Positions 25,534-38,049 of a DNA stretch of 64,000 nucleotides are shown here, in pieces. Made by a program: the position numbers and the translations under genes. The notes beneath the pieces were generated by a model. That model worked only from the letters and a program-made list of their open reading frames with translations. It made no database searches and was not told the origin of the DNA. How positions within the stretch are numbered: position 1 is the stretch's first letter; the number at the start of each line of letters is the position of its first letter. Source of the stretch: Octopus bimaculoides (Eukaryota); NCBI RefSeq assembly GCF_001194135.2, contig NC_069005.1, positions 7,771,256-7,835,255 of the forward strand, in the 5' to 3' direction.

Positions 25534-28500
25534 TTCAATGAGAAATATTAAAATAAATAAAAAGATTTATAATGTGTGTGTGTGTGTGTGTATACACACA
25601 TTTTATATGCCTGACGAAATGTCTTTTGTATATCCAACCTTTCAAATGGAACTATCGCTGTGTATGTGTGCACATATATATATATATATATGTTTCTAGG
25701 TGTAAGTCTATGAAATAAAAGTGCTTTTAACCGTCAAAACAAAGAGAAAGGGGTGGCTTTGGGTGGAATTTAATCTTGCGAATCATGGCACACACATCCA
25801 TATATGTAAAGTCAATTATAACTATGTATGTGTGTGTGTGTAAGACATCAAAATCACTGGTCTTCCATCATTTTATATTAGCATCTTGTGTGTCTATATA
25901 CACCAGGTAATAGGCAACCATTTTCGAGAAGCAGGCAGCACAACTTAAAAAAGAAAATTAAATTAAAAGGTAATTTTTCGTTAGGTGTGCCATTCTGAAG
26001 TTCCCGCGGGCCACAAATTGCCCATGACTGGTATGCACACACAGACAAGCAAAGAGTGATGCATCTCCTGAGAATGTATGTGTATATTAAGTTTCAAAGT
26101 TTGTTCACAATCTAGATAGTAAAAAAAAATTCCGAACAGTAGTTTGTCCAAGTACGATATGAGTGAAGCCTAATCTCTAACAATAGTTGTATCAGATGGT
26201 GATTATTATTATTTTAACATTATTGTTGTTATTATTAACCAATAATACTAGAACGCATATTTGCAAAGAAATTTATTGCCGGCCTCAAGCAAGACTGAAT
26301 TCTAAGTAGAGAGAAGGAAAGAGAAACGATTTACATATGGCGAGTAATAAGCAACCTTAAAATATAAATATTTTCGGTCGATGCATGGAAATAAATTAGA
26401 TTTTTTTATTATTATTTTTTTTTTTTTTTACGAAAATTCATTTCCTCCATTTATTACAACCAAGAATATCCATTACACGGAATAATATTAAACAACTACA
26501 ACGGAGACTAAAACCAAAGTAATACGCGTTTATACTGATTGTCAAATCGAAAATCTTGATTCAGACAGAAAAATATGAAAATATGGATCGGCGAGACAAA
26601 AATGAAACGAAGAATTCGGTCATTTTTACACAAGAGGAAATAATTCGTTTATGAATTTAAAAAGCAAAAAAATCGTTGTTTGTAGTCGTTAAACACCAGA
26701 ATAGCTTGATGATCGAACAAAACATATAACTAAAGGATTTCTTGTCGTGACCATCTCGTCTAAGATTGATTACATTCTTCGATGCACCCCCTTCCCCCAT
26801 TTATTCTGTTTTACTTATTTATTTTGCAAGACGGAAAAGTGTAAAATGAGTGAGAATTTGGCTGCTGTTTCTATACAGTAGGTCTAGTGACTGCATACAG
26901 CAGTTTATCGATAAAAAAAAAGAAAGTATAACAAGCAGATGGGGAAATAATAGTTTAAAACAATGACTGTTAGAAAACGAAATTAAATGTGAGAGACAGG
27001 CAGGCAGACAGACGAAGAGAGAGGGTGGGAACAAAACTAGGCAGGATGTAATTTATTCAACCGCCAAATCTGACGAGAATCGAATACTACGGGTGGATCG
27101 CAAAACATTGAATGCTTATCGAATAGGATCCTTGATATTAAAGATAGCATGCAATTTTAAAAGGGGTTCGGATATGGTCTCGGGCGCTTTTTATTTTTTT
27201 TTTTTTACCCCCTTCGTTCCGCGTGTTTAAAGTAGCCATGTTTATTGTTTATCAACAAAACCCGAAAGAGGCTCATCTGCCGTTCACAAGAATCGGTTTC
27301 ATTATGCCGTGTTGGAGCAACTGTCAACAGGATCGAAAGGTCCCTGTCCCTCCCCGCCAAACACCATCGATAGGTACGACCGAAAAAAAAAAACTTTGAT
27401 GTTCGCAGAGGGAAAAAAATAGGAGATTGGAAAAACCCACGTTTAGATTACAACAAAAAAGAATAATCATATATAGATATATATGTATGTGGGTATATGA
27501 AATGGAAAGTGAAAAGTGATTTGAATATAGGTCAAGGTCGCAGGTTAAAGTGACATAAACACTGTGCTTTTTAGCTTGTCAGAGAAAATGAAAAGCTAAA
27601 CAAAATTGAAAACTTGGCATATTCTAGAGATTTCTTTCTGGTTTTGATTTCTTTTTTTCTGCGTAGAAAGGAATTTTTTTTCTTAGCTATTTCGTTCCAA
27701 GTATATACATATATAAATTAAAAATCTAGTATTTGGGGTACAGAGAACAAAATAATAACCTAATAATAATTAAAATAATAATAGTAATTCCAAAAATATG
27801 AAAAAAAAAAATGGAAACGAAAGAAAAGCAGACAAAAATTCTTTGATGCCTAATGGATTCAAAACAAACCATCAACCAACGAAACAGCCTCTTCTTTTCT
27901 ACGCGAGCATTCGACATGCCAGAAATAGTAGCCAAATACCTCATACGCTACTTTTTTTTTTTTTTGCTTTTCTTTTAGAGGGGGTGGAGAAAACATATGG
28001 CAGATGTATCCTAAGATATCCCTAAAACCGAAATAGTCACGACTGCAATGCCACTGATCATAGGTCAGTTGGGGTCAAACAACGATAAATCACAAAAACT
28101 AGGAACACATATCGACAAAAAAAGAAAAAAAAGAAACTCAGTGAAAAAAAAAAACGGAGGATGAGAATGATGATGAAAGCATGTTTAGATTAAGAACAGT
28201 TTTAATACTTTCATATTTTCCTAATTATCACACACACGACTCACACCGTCGTAAAAACTAAACTTATGAGCAAAATTACCTTAAAAAAAAAATTCACAGC
28301 AGATAATTTTTATCTTAAACTTAGTGCTTGAGGAAAACCAAATTTAAAAAATTAAATCAAAAAGAAAATAGGAAAAACATATACTGAGTTTGAGAAATTA
28401 AATATAACAAGCTTAAGCACTCGAACACGGATAGAGAGAACTACATTTCTACGAGTATGCCAGTATGGTAAAGCAGACGTAAAAACAAACGAATTCCATA

Positions 28501-29001
28501 TGTGTGCGCGTGTGTGTATACATTTCAAAGGATCCGGCTCTTTGTCGCGTGAACGAATGCACGGCACAAAAGCAAAGAACTCATTGAGTTGCAACTAAAC
28601 GAACCCACAGCTTCGAAAGAACAGAGTAAATAAAACTCACAAACTCTACTACACATATTAGGAGCTTTTCTTCTATTTTTGTCCATATACTCCGAACGAA
28701 ATCTCCATGTCACACCACATACATGCGCGTTTATTTACATAGAAAAAGAGTACTCAATACGCGTAATACAATTTATTCATTCAAGATCCTATGGGGATTC
28801 GTTCGTGACACAGCGCGACCAACAGAAGGAATAATAGCGACGTGGTGAATCTTTAGCATCTTATATGAGAGAGAGAAAGAGAGAGATCTGGCAGAGTGGC
28901 TAAATCGTCAGTTTAAATACATCTATGAAATCTACACCATATATTATTAATATCTTCGTTCATTTACAAACTGTAACAAACACATTGTATGTGTGTGTGT
29001 G

Positions 29002-29056
<55 letters not shown>

Positions 29057-30850
29057 CTGGCACATGTGTATGTCTGTGTAGCAAAGCTTGTAAAAAAATA
29101 AAAATAAAAAACATGGTACGGAGCACAGTGGGAAGAATTATATCTCTTCCGGGATTCAGTTATAGAAGATGGATGTGTGTAAAATATAAATGATAATTTC
29201 TAAACTAGACACACACACACACTTGCTCTTTAAGGGAGTAGGGTAGATTATCGATGATTTAATTTAAATCCCGCCTGTACCACCACCGCCACTACACTGT
29301 GTTTGTACTTCTAATTCATCAACGAACTCCTGAAATAAGCTTTGAGATGAAAGGTGAAGTTGATCCCGGGTGATTTCAATTTAAAAAAGGGTAAAGGGAT
29401 GCAATTAAATGACGTAAAAAGGGTGTTTTGCTCAGTCCTCCACTGATATAATACCACAGAGCATCCTCATTGAATAATAATAAATAATTTCTAAGCTAGG
29501 AACAAGGCCCCAGATTCTTTTTTAGGATAGGGATAGAGTGGATGAAGTTGATTATATCGGGTCGCCAACACTCGACTGGTACTTTATTTTAACGACTCCC
29601 GTGGAAAAGATGCAAGGCAAAGTTTTCAACTCTGACAGTATTTGAATGGATATTATATTACTAATAGTTATAAATAATGATTTTATATAATATTGGTATA
29701 TAAAACTATAGAAATTCGAGTCGATTTATTTTATTGCTCCCCAAACTTATCTAAAAAGATATTAAAACCTGGGCGGGATTCGAAGATGTAAATAACACAA
29801 ATAATATTTCAAACATTGTTTTGGTGGAGGAATGAAATATTTAGTCGATTAAAACGACCCCTTCTCTCTCTTTGATACTCGTCTGGTACTCTATTTTACC
29901 ACCCATCTCTTGAAAACATTTTAAAATATGCAAAACTGAACTAGAACGGATTGAAACGGGAAAGATCTAAATAAGGATCATGAATAGTTCAAACACAAGA
30001 ATTTTTGTTGTTTTTTTTTTGTTTTTTTGTTTTTCACGGGATGAGGTGTATTGTGATTTAAATCAGGGTTTAGACCCTCGCAGTATTCGATAATGTACTT
30101 TATTTGATCGATTCTCTGAGCTGGGAACGTTGAAAAGTCAGAATCTAGCCTAACCGAGCGCGATTGGAATGGAAAGATGTAAATAACACAACTGCCATGT
30201 GTCCGCCATTTTTGTTTACAACATGTCAAAAAAGAAGACGAAGAGGAACAGCAGCGGCAGCAGAGCACCAGCTACACCAACAGATCGCTGAAGAGAACCA
30301 ACGAAACACAGAGAGACAGAAATGGTCACTGAACATATAAATATACGTGTAATGTGTGTATCATAAATGGCTAAACAGGATTAATTACAAATTCTGAAGC
30401 ACACACATACATACATACAGACACACACACACGCAAATAATAACAACAGATCGTTGAAGTGACCAGAGTTAGCGAGAGACAGGCATAGAGAAACTATGTA
30501 GCTTGTACAAGATATATATGCATTTGTGTGTATAATAAACGGTTAATCGGAGTGAATTACAAGTTGATGGAAACATAGGAACGCACAAATAATAACAAAA
30601 CAAAACAAGTGCTCTTAGAGAAGTCATTAGTGAAGGATTACAAGTTAAATACCCGTATGGCAGATTTCCCACCAAAATTTGAATGACCGAAAAGATTCTA
30701 ATTAGTTAGTTGGTATCTGTGTGTATTCGTGTGTCTCGGCCTGTCTTTGTGTATGTTTTTAGGTTTGTATGTGTGTTCTGAGCTGTGTGTGACTTGGATT
30801 TTGTAACGAGCAGCTGGTGAATGGATATTTTATGTCGGAGGGGTACTTAC

Positions 30851-31060
30851 TCTTCTCCGTCTGGACAATGGCCCGAGGCCTCGTCATATTTATTACAATA
30901 GTTGTCTGGACTATAGTTAAAAGAACCGTCCCGCCGGCGGATGGGCCGGCGCCGCCGTTGATTCATGAAATGCCAGTTGAAACAAGTAAACGGCCGATGT
31001 TGGGTGCATTTATGTTGAAGAAACAGTGGGCATTGTTGTGTTCGGAACTCTTTTAGATAC
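30851..31060 (-). CDS. unk: unkempt coding exon 2 (ZnF1 and most of ZnF2)
   Basis: Acceptor TTTTTCAG|G, donor GA|GTAAGT; 210 nt. Translates YLKEFRTQQCPLFLQHKCTQHRPFTCFNWHFMNQRRRRPIRRRDGSFNYSPDNYCNKYDEASGHCPDGE, the hallmark Unkempt N-terminus. Confidence 0.98.
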
Positions 31061-31173
31061 CTGAAAAACGCCAAACGGAAACAGCGTTAACGAAGCAAAT
31101 AAACGAATCTAGCACCATTGTGCCACTGAATTTCCAAAGTGTATTACGAATACTGGATTGAAAGCCGACTTAC

Positions 31174-31229
31174 GCATAATGTTGGGGTTTCTCCGTCTGT
31201 GCTGGGAGTACCGGAGCTTCCGACGGCAT
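31174..31229 (-). CDS. unk: unkempt coding exon 1
   Basis: ATG at 31229 gives MPSEAPVLPAQTEKPQHY + GC|GTAAGT donor. EKPQHY is the conserved Unkempt motif preceding YLKEF, and phase 2 matches exon 2. An in-frame upstream ATG at 31271 would add 14 aa. Confidence 0.93.
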
Positions 31230-31259
31230 ATTGTTGTCATTACTAGTCGTCTGCGCATT

Positions 31260-31330
31260 TCTTTCGCGCATAATGGGAAATGCCGAGAAAACGATTGGTT
31301 GAAAGAGTCACGTGACACGGGTTTCCCGGA
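31260..31330 (-). promoter_or_regulatory. Candidate unkempt proximal promoter
   Basis: CpG-rich. Palindromic GTCACGTGAC (31307-31316), CCAAT box (ATTGG 31295-31299) and E2F-like TTTCGCGC (31262-31269) lie within 90 bp of the ATG. Confidence 0.6.
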
Positions 31331-32207
31331 CTGCTTTGGTGTGCCATGAACACAAACGATTCATAAATAAAAAGAGAATTAAAACATTTTTTTTTTGGAG
31401 TATCAACCAAAATAAAATCGCCACGGTAGCCACTAATTTCGTCTCTAATTTATTCCACGATAATTAAATGCATTCGAGTTAAGCAATTTTTCCATATATG
31501 AAGCACAGTCGATGACAGAATTAGTTCAGATTCCACGCAATTTTTTTCTTATCCAAGACAAGAGAAGCTGAATATAGCAGAAAGATCTTAGTTAAAATGT
31601 ATAGTGTCGTAGAATTAAAAGTGTCTTTCTTTCTTCGCCGAGAGAGAGAGAAAAGCGAGGGTTGGGGAGTGAAAAGAAGGAGACTGATTTTTTACAATCC
31701 TGAAAACGAATAGCAATACATATTTGGTCAAACTAAGAGGTTGAAAAAGGGTAAATGTTTCCCGCCTGTGACAGTCCACAAGCTTATCAATGCGTGGTGC
31801 TGTAGTCTCCACGATAACCAATTGATTAATAATAATGATAATGTTCTCTTCATAATAATAACAATAATAATGCCTCTGTTATCCCAAATTGGGGTTGTTT
31901 TACACATATCTTGATCAATAGGCATATTTGAAAAAAACTTCACCTCGTCACTTGATAATTACTTTCCTTTTTTAACTACATATTTGACGCATCATTTTAT
32001 ATAATGTTGAAATAATTTTCTTTCGGTTTTATATTTATATATATACATATATATGCGTAAATATTTTTTAAGTATATATATATATATATCAGCTGATTAT
32101 CTTATTAGCTGAGTAGTTTGCTAAAAGAAAAACAAGGAAAGGCATTCTTAATTTCCTTACTTTACCGGACTGACATCAATTCTCTGTTAGCTGTGCCAAC
32201 ACAAGAA

Positions 32208-32234
32208 ATAAATCTCTCTCTCTCTCTCTCTCCA

Positions 32235-32266
<32 letters not shown>

Positions 32267-32530
32267 ACTCATTCATACTCATTCTCTCTTTCTTTCATTC
32301 ATTCACGTTCATTCTCTATTTCAATCATTCAGGTTCATTCTCTCTCTCTCTCTCTCCTTTCCTTCCTTTCTTCCTTCTTTCCTTCCTTCCTTCCTTCCTT
32401 CTTGCTTTCCTTATCTTCCTCTTTCTCTCACGCATTCTCACTCTCCATCCTTCTCTCTCTTCTTCTTTCTCTCACTCCTTCATGCTCAATCTCTGTCTCA
32501 CACCCTCTCTCTTTCTTTTCTTCCTTTCCT
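32208..32530. repeat. Polypyrimidine (CT)n/(TTCC)n tract
   Basis: Near-pure pyrimidine plus strand, ~1 kb upstream of unkempt. Confidence 0.9.
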
Positions 32531-34412
32531 CCCAGTGTTCTGGAATGTCTACGCAGCTGTTTTTACCCAAACTCACAAACTGTTAAATCTTTACCCAAAC
32601 TCTTTACCCAAAATCTTTACCCAAACTCACAAACTGTTAAAATCTTTACTTTAGAAAAAAAACTCAAGTTATCACAGTTTAAATACAAGGAATTGTGATG
32701 ATACATGAAAGATAATAACATAACATAAAAACAAATATTCTTCCCCATCATTAATAAAAGCAACCAGAGAGAAAGTCTGCTCGTTTATGTGAATGTTTTG
32801 CTTTGCTTTCTATAACCATTTTATTCGAATTAAGACTGTAGGAAGATGATTAAATTATATTTATTTGCTCGTTCAAACTCCAAGCTTCCGGGCCTTACCA
32901 ATAAACTAGACATATTTAAACTTTGCTTACATTTGCTATTTTAAGTCTACTTAAATATTCTTTACTTTCGAAAACTTTCTTCTGCCCCCGAATAATTAAA
33001 CATTTTCTTTTGTAACGCAAGTTTTCATTTTATTATCACAATGCTCTAACATTCTTCGATTGTATTTTTCTTTGTAAAGAAATATTTGCGTGGAAAATAT
33101 GGTGAGTGAAATAATTTTGATTTCATTTTAATACAAAAACAAATTGACTCTAGAGCCCCCAGATATAAAGAAGGAATCTGAAAGAATACTAGTTTTCCAT
33201 TTTCTTCTGTAAGTTTGTTATGCACGAACGTAAGAGCCATTCTCCCTACCACCTTACAAAAAATCTAGCAGGTAATCAGGCCACGGCACCAGGCACTATA
33301 CAAGTCTTGAGACTGATACTGCTTTCCAACTGTCATCAAATGTAAATACGTTAGTACAAATGTTTATATGCTTTTGTATATGTTTGAACATAAATGTATT
33401 TTATTCCATATGTGTGTGTGTGTTAGTACAAATGTGTATATGTTAGTTTTTCGATTGTGTTAGTTTTATTTATTTTTTTAATTTTAAACTGTTTAATCTG
33501 TTGGCTGTGCATACGGATTTAGATGGATATACAAATATTCCTATATAAAATGTGTCTGTGTGCATATCATCATCAGTAGCAGTAGCATTTAACGTCCGTT
33601 TCCCATGGACAGTTCAGCATGAGCTGGCAAAAGGCAGAGAACTGCACCAAATTCCAAAGCTTGCATAAGCTTGGTTTCTATGGCTGGATGCCCTTCCTAA
33701 CACCAATCACTTTATAGAGTATACTGCGTGCTTTTTACATGGCACCAGCTCATGTGAGGTCACCAAATAACTCACAAACTAAGACACCCCTCAACTGACG
33801 GGAAAGGGTTATTAAGGGAAGTGGCTTTATGCCAGGTGATGAGAATTTAAAGTATGTCAGATGGACAGAAACAGGTGTCTTGCTATTGAGAGATTACCTT
33901 AGTTGGAAAAAAAAATGTTGATGGTGAAAGATGTACCAGGGCTCACCCTCAGGTTACAGAAAAATGAATATAGGGGAAATGGCATGGATGGGTAAGTTCA
34001 TAGGAGTGTGAGGGAGAGAGTAGATTGATAGAGACAGAGATAGAAAGAAATGCAGAAATTGGTGAATATAGTGAGACACACTCAATGGCCAATCATGAAC
34101 ATCAGTTAGAGGGGTTACATAATAGAGTGGCTTTCATATTAAATAGGCAAAAACACTGTCCTGCTAGCTGGAATCTTTTCAATCTAAACTGCAGTATCCC
34201 CAAACACTTTCCATTTTCTTTATCTAAAATTCTTTGTTGTATAGGTACAGTTTTGTAACTCTAAGTTAGATGTAGTGTGCAAGAGAGAAAACTGTGCTGG
34301 TTTGGTCATGTGATGCAGATGGATGTCAACAGCTCTATAAAAACATGCTGATCACTCAAAGTGGATGGAACTCATAGAAGAGGAAGACATGGGACAAAGT
34401 ATTGAAAGACAA

Positions 34413-34558
34413 CCTCACAAACTTCCTGAGTCTAAATGCACACAAAGAGTGAATGTCTGCTCTTCTTTGCTGTCACGTTTCATGAATGAACCTTTTTTGG
34501 ACCGAATAGTAACTGGTGACGAGAACTGGGTTCTCTATAAAAATGTCAAACACCGAAG
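34413..34558 (+). mobile_element. Internal fragment of the mariner family found at 55966-57170
   Basis: PHKLPESKCTQRVNVCSSLLSRFMNEPFLDRIVTGDENWVLYKNVK aligns with ~56497-56640. Confidence 0.8.
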
Positions 34559-34843
34559 TCAACCTCTGCAGAATTTGAACTCAAAATGTAAAGATGAATG
34601 AAATGCCACAAAGCATTTTGCCTGGTATGCTAACAACTCTGCCAGATAATGCTTAGATATTGGTGTCTAGTTTTGGGGAGGCTCTGCGGCATATAATATA
34701 TATATATATATATATATATTCGGAAAGGATTGATGGGCTATGCTTTCGCGGTCCGTATTCATACTGAAAATTGAGATCGAGTGAACTTTTGCTCGACATG
34801 TGGTTTCCGTCCACGCTGAGCTCGCCTTGGGACATATATATAT

Positions 34844-34914
34844 AATCAAAATAAGCAACAAGGATATCTAAAGGTGGCTCTCATATTTGGATATTCTTGT
34901 TGCTTATTTTGATT
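34844..34914. repeat. 71-nt inverted repeat (29-bp arms, 13-nt loop)
   Basis: AATCAAAATAAGCAACAAGGATATCTAAA versus the reverse complement of TTTGGATATTCTTGTTGCTTATTTTGATT; 27/29 match. Confidence 0.85.
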
Positions 34915-35739
34915 TTAATCACCTTATTTTGAAACTGTATGGATAATACCATACTAAATTCTGGTGCTTAAACTTAATTACCATATTCACCTGAATCTAA
35001 ATTTTATATATATATATATGTGTGTGTATGTAACTATATGTGAACTGTTGGTGATTTTTTCCTCCCTCTTCCTTTTCTTTTGGACTTTCCTATGTCTCCT
35101 GTTTCCAAAGATGAACAATGCATGAAGTTTTAAGGAAATATTTATTTTTGCCCGTTACATTATACAATTCCTTACCTTGACAGGCAGGTGATAAAATTGT
35201 AAAGATAGATGTAGATTTTTCTTGCATAGTTTGTGTTCTCATCATTGTTTAGTAGTAATTGCAGAGAGAGATAGAGTGATGTTGTAAGAGAACAGAATTA
35301 GAGCTAGTGAGAGTGTGAGAGGAAACAACTGCTTTGTTGGAGAGATACCATAGTTGTTCTAGCTGGTCAGCCAGACTCCGTTCTCCCTGAGTTGTCACCA
35401 AAGTGACTAACTCATTGAGTTGTCACCAAGTGACCACTGATTTTTGCTTGGGGGTTCTTGCTTTTATAACTATCCACAAGGATAGACATATCATTGAGAA
35501 CAATAGATTTAGTTGTTGGTCTTGTTATCTTAATTCTAGCTTTTGGTGAAATAGAAGAGGTTAGAAAGAGTCAAGTGGTGAAGACATTATTTTGGCCTAG
35601 CTAAGGCAATCTGGCAAATGTAAAACTGCTGTCACAGAAAAACTATTGTTTTACCATGAGAAAAGTTCTGTTGAACTGTTAATTTAAATTTGGCTATGGT
35701 GGATTGAATCTACTTCATGCTTGCAAGATTCACTACATC

Positions 35740-36602
35740 ACTCCCCTCACCAACAGTCTGGCCACTGACATGAAGATTGAACAAGCTTGAGAGATGGTTC
35801 CAGTGAATCAATAAGTGACCCATCTCTGAAAATTCGTCATGATTCTGCATACAAAATCAGTCATGACAAGCTTCACTTTTGATAAGTGCAAGATAGGTGC
35901 CAAGAGAATTTAACAAAATTCAGAGGAACATTCATGTGAAGATCTGACACACTTATCCAGCTACTTCAATGATGAAGGTGAAGCTTTTTTTGGAAAGAAT
36001 AGTCACAGATGAAACCTGGCTCACTTTGAGCCAGAAGATAGAGTATAGAGTGGAAGCACTTGGAATCACCAATAAGAAAGATTCAACCTTCCATGGAAAA
36101 AGTGATGCTCACCATTATTTGGGATGCAAAAAAGCCAACACTGGAACATTACCTTGAAAAGGAGCCTACAGTTACTAGTGTAGGCTATAGTGAAATGCTG
36201 GCACCAAATGCCAAGGTCTGTTGTTAAAGCAAGTATTATTGTCATACAACAATGCATGCCCACATGTAGCTGGCAATAAATGAAAAATTGGGTTTTGAGT
36301 TGCTGGGACACTCTCCATACAGTCCAAGTTGCACCCCTTCCAAATATCACTTCTTTGGATCATTCAAACATCCTTTACAAGATTGTCAATAGGCTATGGA
36401 TGAAGTACAAGAAGCGGTGCATAAATGGCTGCATGACCAGCTGAAAAACCTTCTCCAATGGAATAAGCAAGCTTGTGGACTGCTGGAAAGAGTTGCATTG
36501 AAAAGCAAGGAGACTATTGAAAAATGGTGTAATTGTTCAACCCCTTTTGTTTTAATGAATTACAAAAACAAGAGTGTATATGATTTTTTTTATTCACCCT
36601 TG
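35740..36602 (+). mobile_element. Decayed mariner transposon (second family)
   Basis: Remnants VPRELT-like, FLERIVT.DETW, KVMLTIIWD, L.YNNACPH, HSPYSPSCTPSKYHFFGSFK and DEVQEAVHKWL; many stops and frameshifts. Confidence 0.8.
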
Positions 36603-36929
36603 AATTATATGTATATAGATATATATATATACACATACATCTTGGAGTTATACTAAGTTGTTGACACTGAAACAATTACATCATAGAAGAGGCATTTTAA
36701 TCATTGAAGAACAGACAAAAGCCATTACATTCACTTGTTTCTTAATGCTATTTACTATGAGGTGTCAAAAGTAACGTTGGATATCTGCAGCTTAGTCACA
36801 GACTTAATGCTGCTGTATTTGTTAAAAAGACACACACAAATGCAAACACATGTGTGTATGTACACGTATACATACACACACACGCATGCTTACATACATG
36901 CATATCCATGTATACATGTATGTAGCTCC

Positions 36930-37560
36930 ATTTTCACAGATAATTGTCATCTCCTTGTTCTTCCTCATCAGTATTTCTGACTTTACCCCCATGACCTCTC
37001 AGATGAATATTCAGTTCCATTGCACATCTATACAATTTGGAGCATAGGTGACAGGCAAAAACTATAACTTCCTGTGTGCTTCCAACTAGAGAGGTCTGCA
37101 CACTTCACTCTCTTCTATCACCAGCATTCTTTTGACCCATCAGTCTCAATATGTTCACCTTTGTCGGTCAGTGTTGCCTTTTTTGTCATGCCCCATAGGA
37201 AGATAATATCTGGAAGACATTCTCTTGTAGTTGGAAATGATGTAGTAGATGTCTTCAGTCTTAATCTTGCACAACCTACACTTGTTGTCTATTAATGTTT
37301 TCTGCTTTTTATGCTGCAGGAACTTGGTGGGGATCTATTGTTTTTGGATTACGTGTATGTAGCCATCAAAGCCTTATGTCATAAACTTGTCAGCACTCCA
37401 TATCAAGCCTTTGACATCCTTAATCTCTTCTATAGTTTCTGCTTTATATACCAAGTACACATATACTTTCTTATCAATGAACTGCTCCATTTTTTATTCT
37501 GTTGTTCTTATGAATAGATTTTACCAATGCTCCTTAGTAGGGAGATTTGTATTAGCTCTT
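36930..37560 (-). mobile_element. RLE-type (NeSL/HERO-like) non-LTR retrotransposon fragment with a zinc knuckle
   Basis: Minus-strand remnants FDGYIHVIQKQ*IPTKFLQHK and DNKCRLCKIKTEDIYYIISNYKRMSSRYYLPMGHD (decayed CxxC..H..C and RHD motifs). Confidence 0.62.
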
Positions 37561-37590
37561 ATTTCATACTTTTCCTCGTGTGTATGTGAA

Positions 37591-37920
37591 GGTGCATGGC
37601 TCAGTGGTTAGAGCGTCGAACTTACGATCGTGAGGTTGTGAGCTTGAATCCTGGACCGGGCTGCGTGTTGTGTTCTTGAGCAAGACACTTTATTTCACGT
37701 TGCTCCAGTTCACTCAGCTGTAGAAATGAGTTGCAGCATCATTGGTGCCAAGCTGTATCGGCCTTTGCCTTCTTCCTTGGATAACATCCATGGTGTGGAG
37801 AGGGGAGGCTGGTATGCATGGGTGACTGCTGGTCTTCCACAAACAACCTTTCCCGGACTTGTGCCTCAGAGGGTAACTTTCTAGGTGCAATCCCATGGTC
37901 ATTCATGACCGAAGGGGGTC
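37591..37920 (+). mobile_element. tRNA-derived SINE family D, full-length
   Basis: A-box TGGCTCAGTGG, B-box-like GCTTGAATCC, then GTTCTTGAGCAAGACACT..TTGCTCCAGTTCACTCAGCTG. Reverse partial copies at ~2430-2548, 18370-18480, 38530-38660 and 39230-39385. Confidence 0.8.
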
Positions 37921-37999
37921 TATGTGTGTGTGTGTGTGTATGTATGTACACATGACTATATGGATAGATGTAATTTCTATACATGTATGTATGTGTATA

Positions 38000-38049
<50 letters not shown>

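Noticed and set aside
25101-25660. ~50-bp direct repeat (GCCTGACGAAATG..CCAACCTTTCAAATGGAACTA) ~510 bp apart containing CTGACGA
   Set aside because: No downstream GAAA/stem III, so it is not a hammerhead; looks like a local duplication around the SINE insertion.
32558-32650. Short tandem repeat of TCTTTACCCAAAC / CACAAACTGTTAAA units upstream of unkempt
   Set aside because: A few imperfect slippage copies, with no spacers of constant length; not CRISPR-like or telomeric.
32118-32698. 178-aa and 98-aa Ser/Leu-rich ORFs
   Set aside because: Translations of the (CT)n/(TTCC)n tract.
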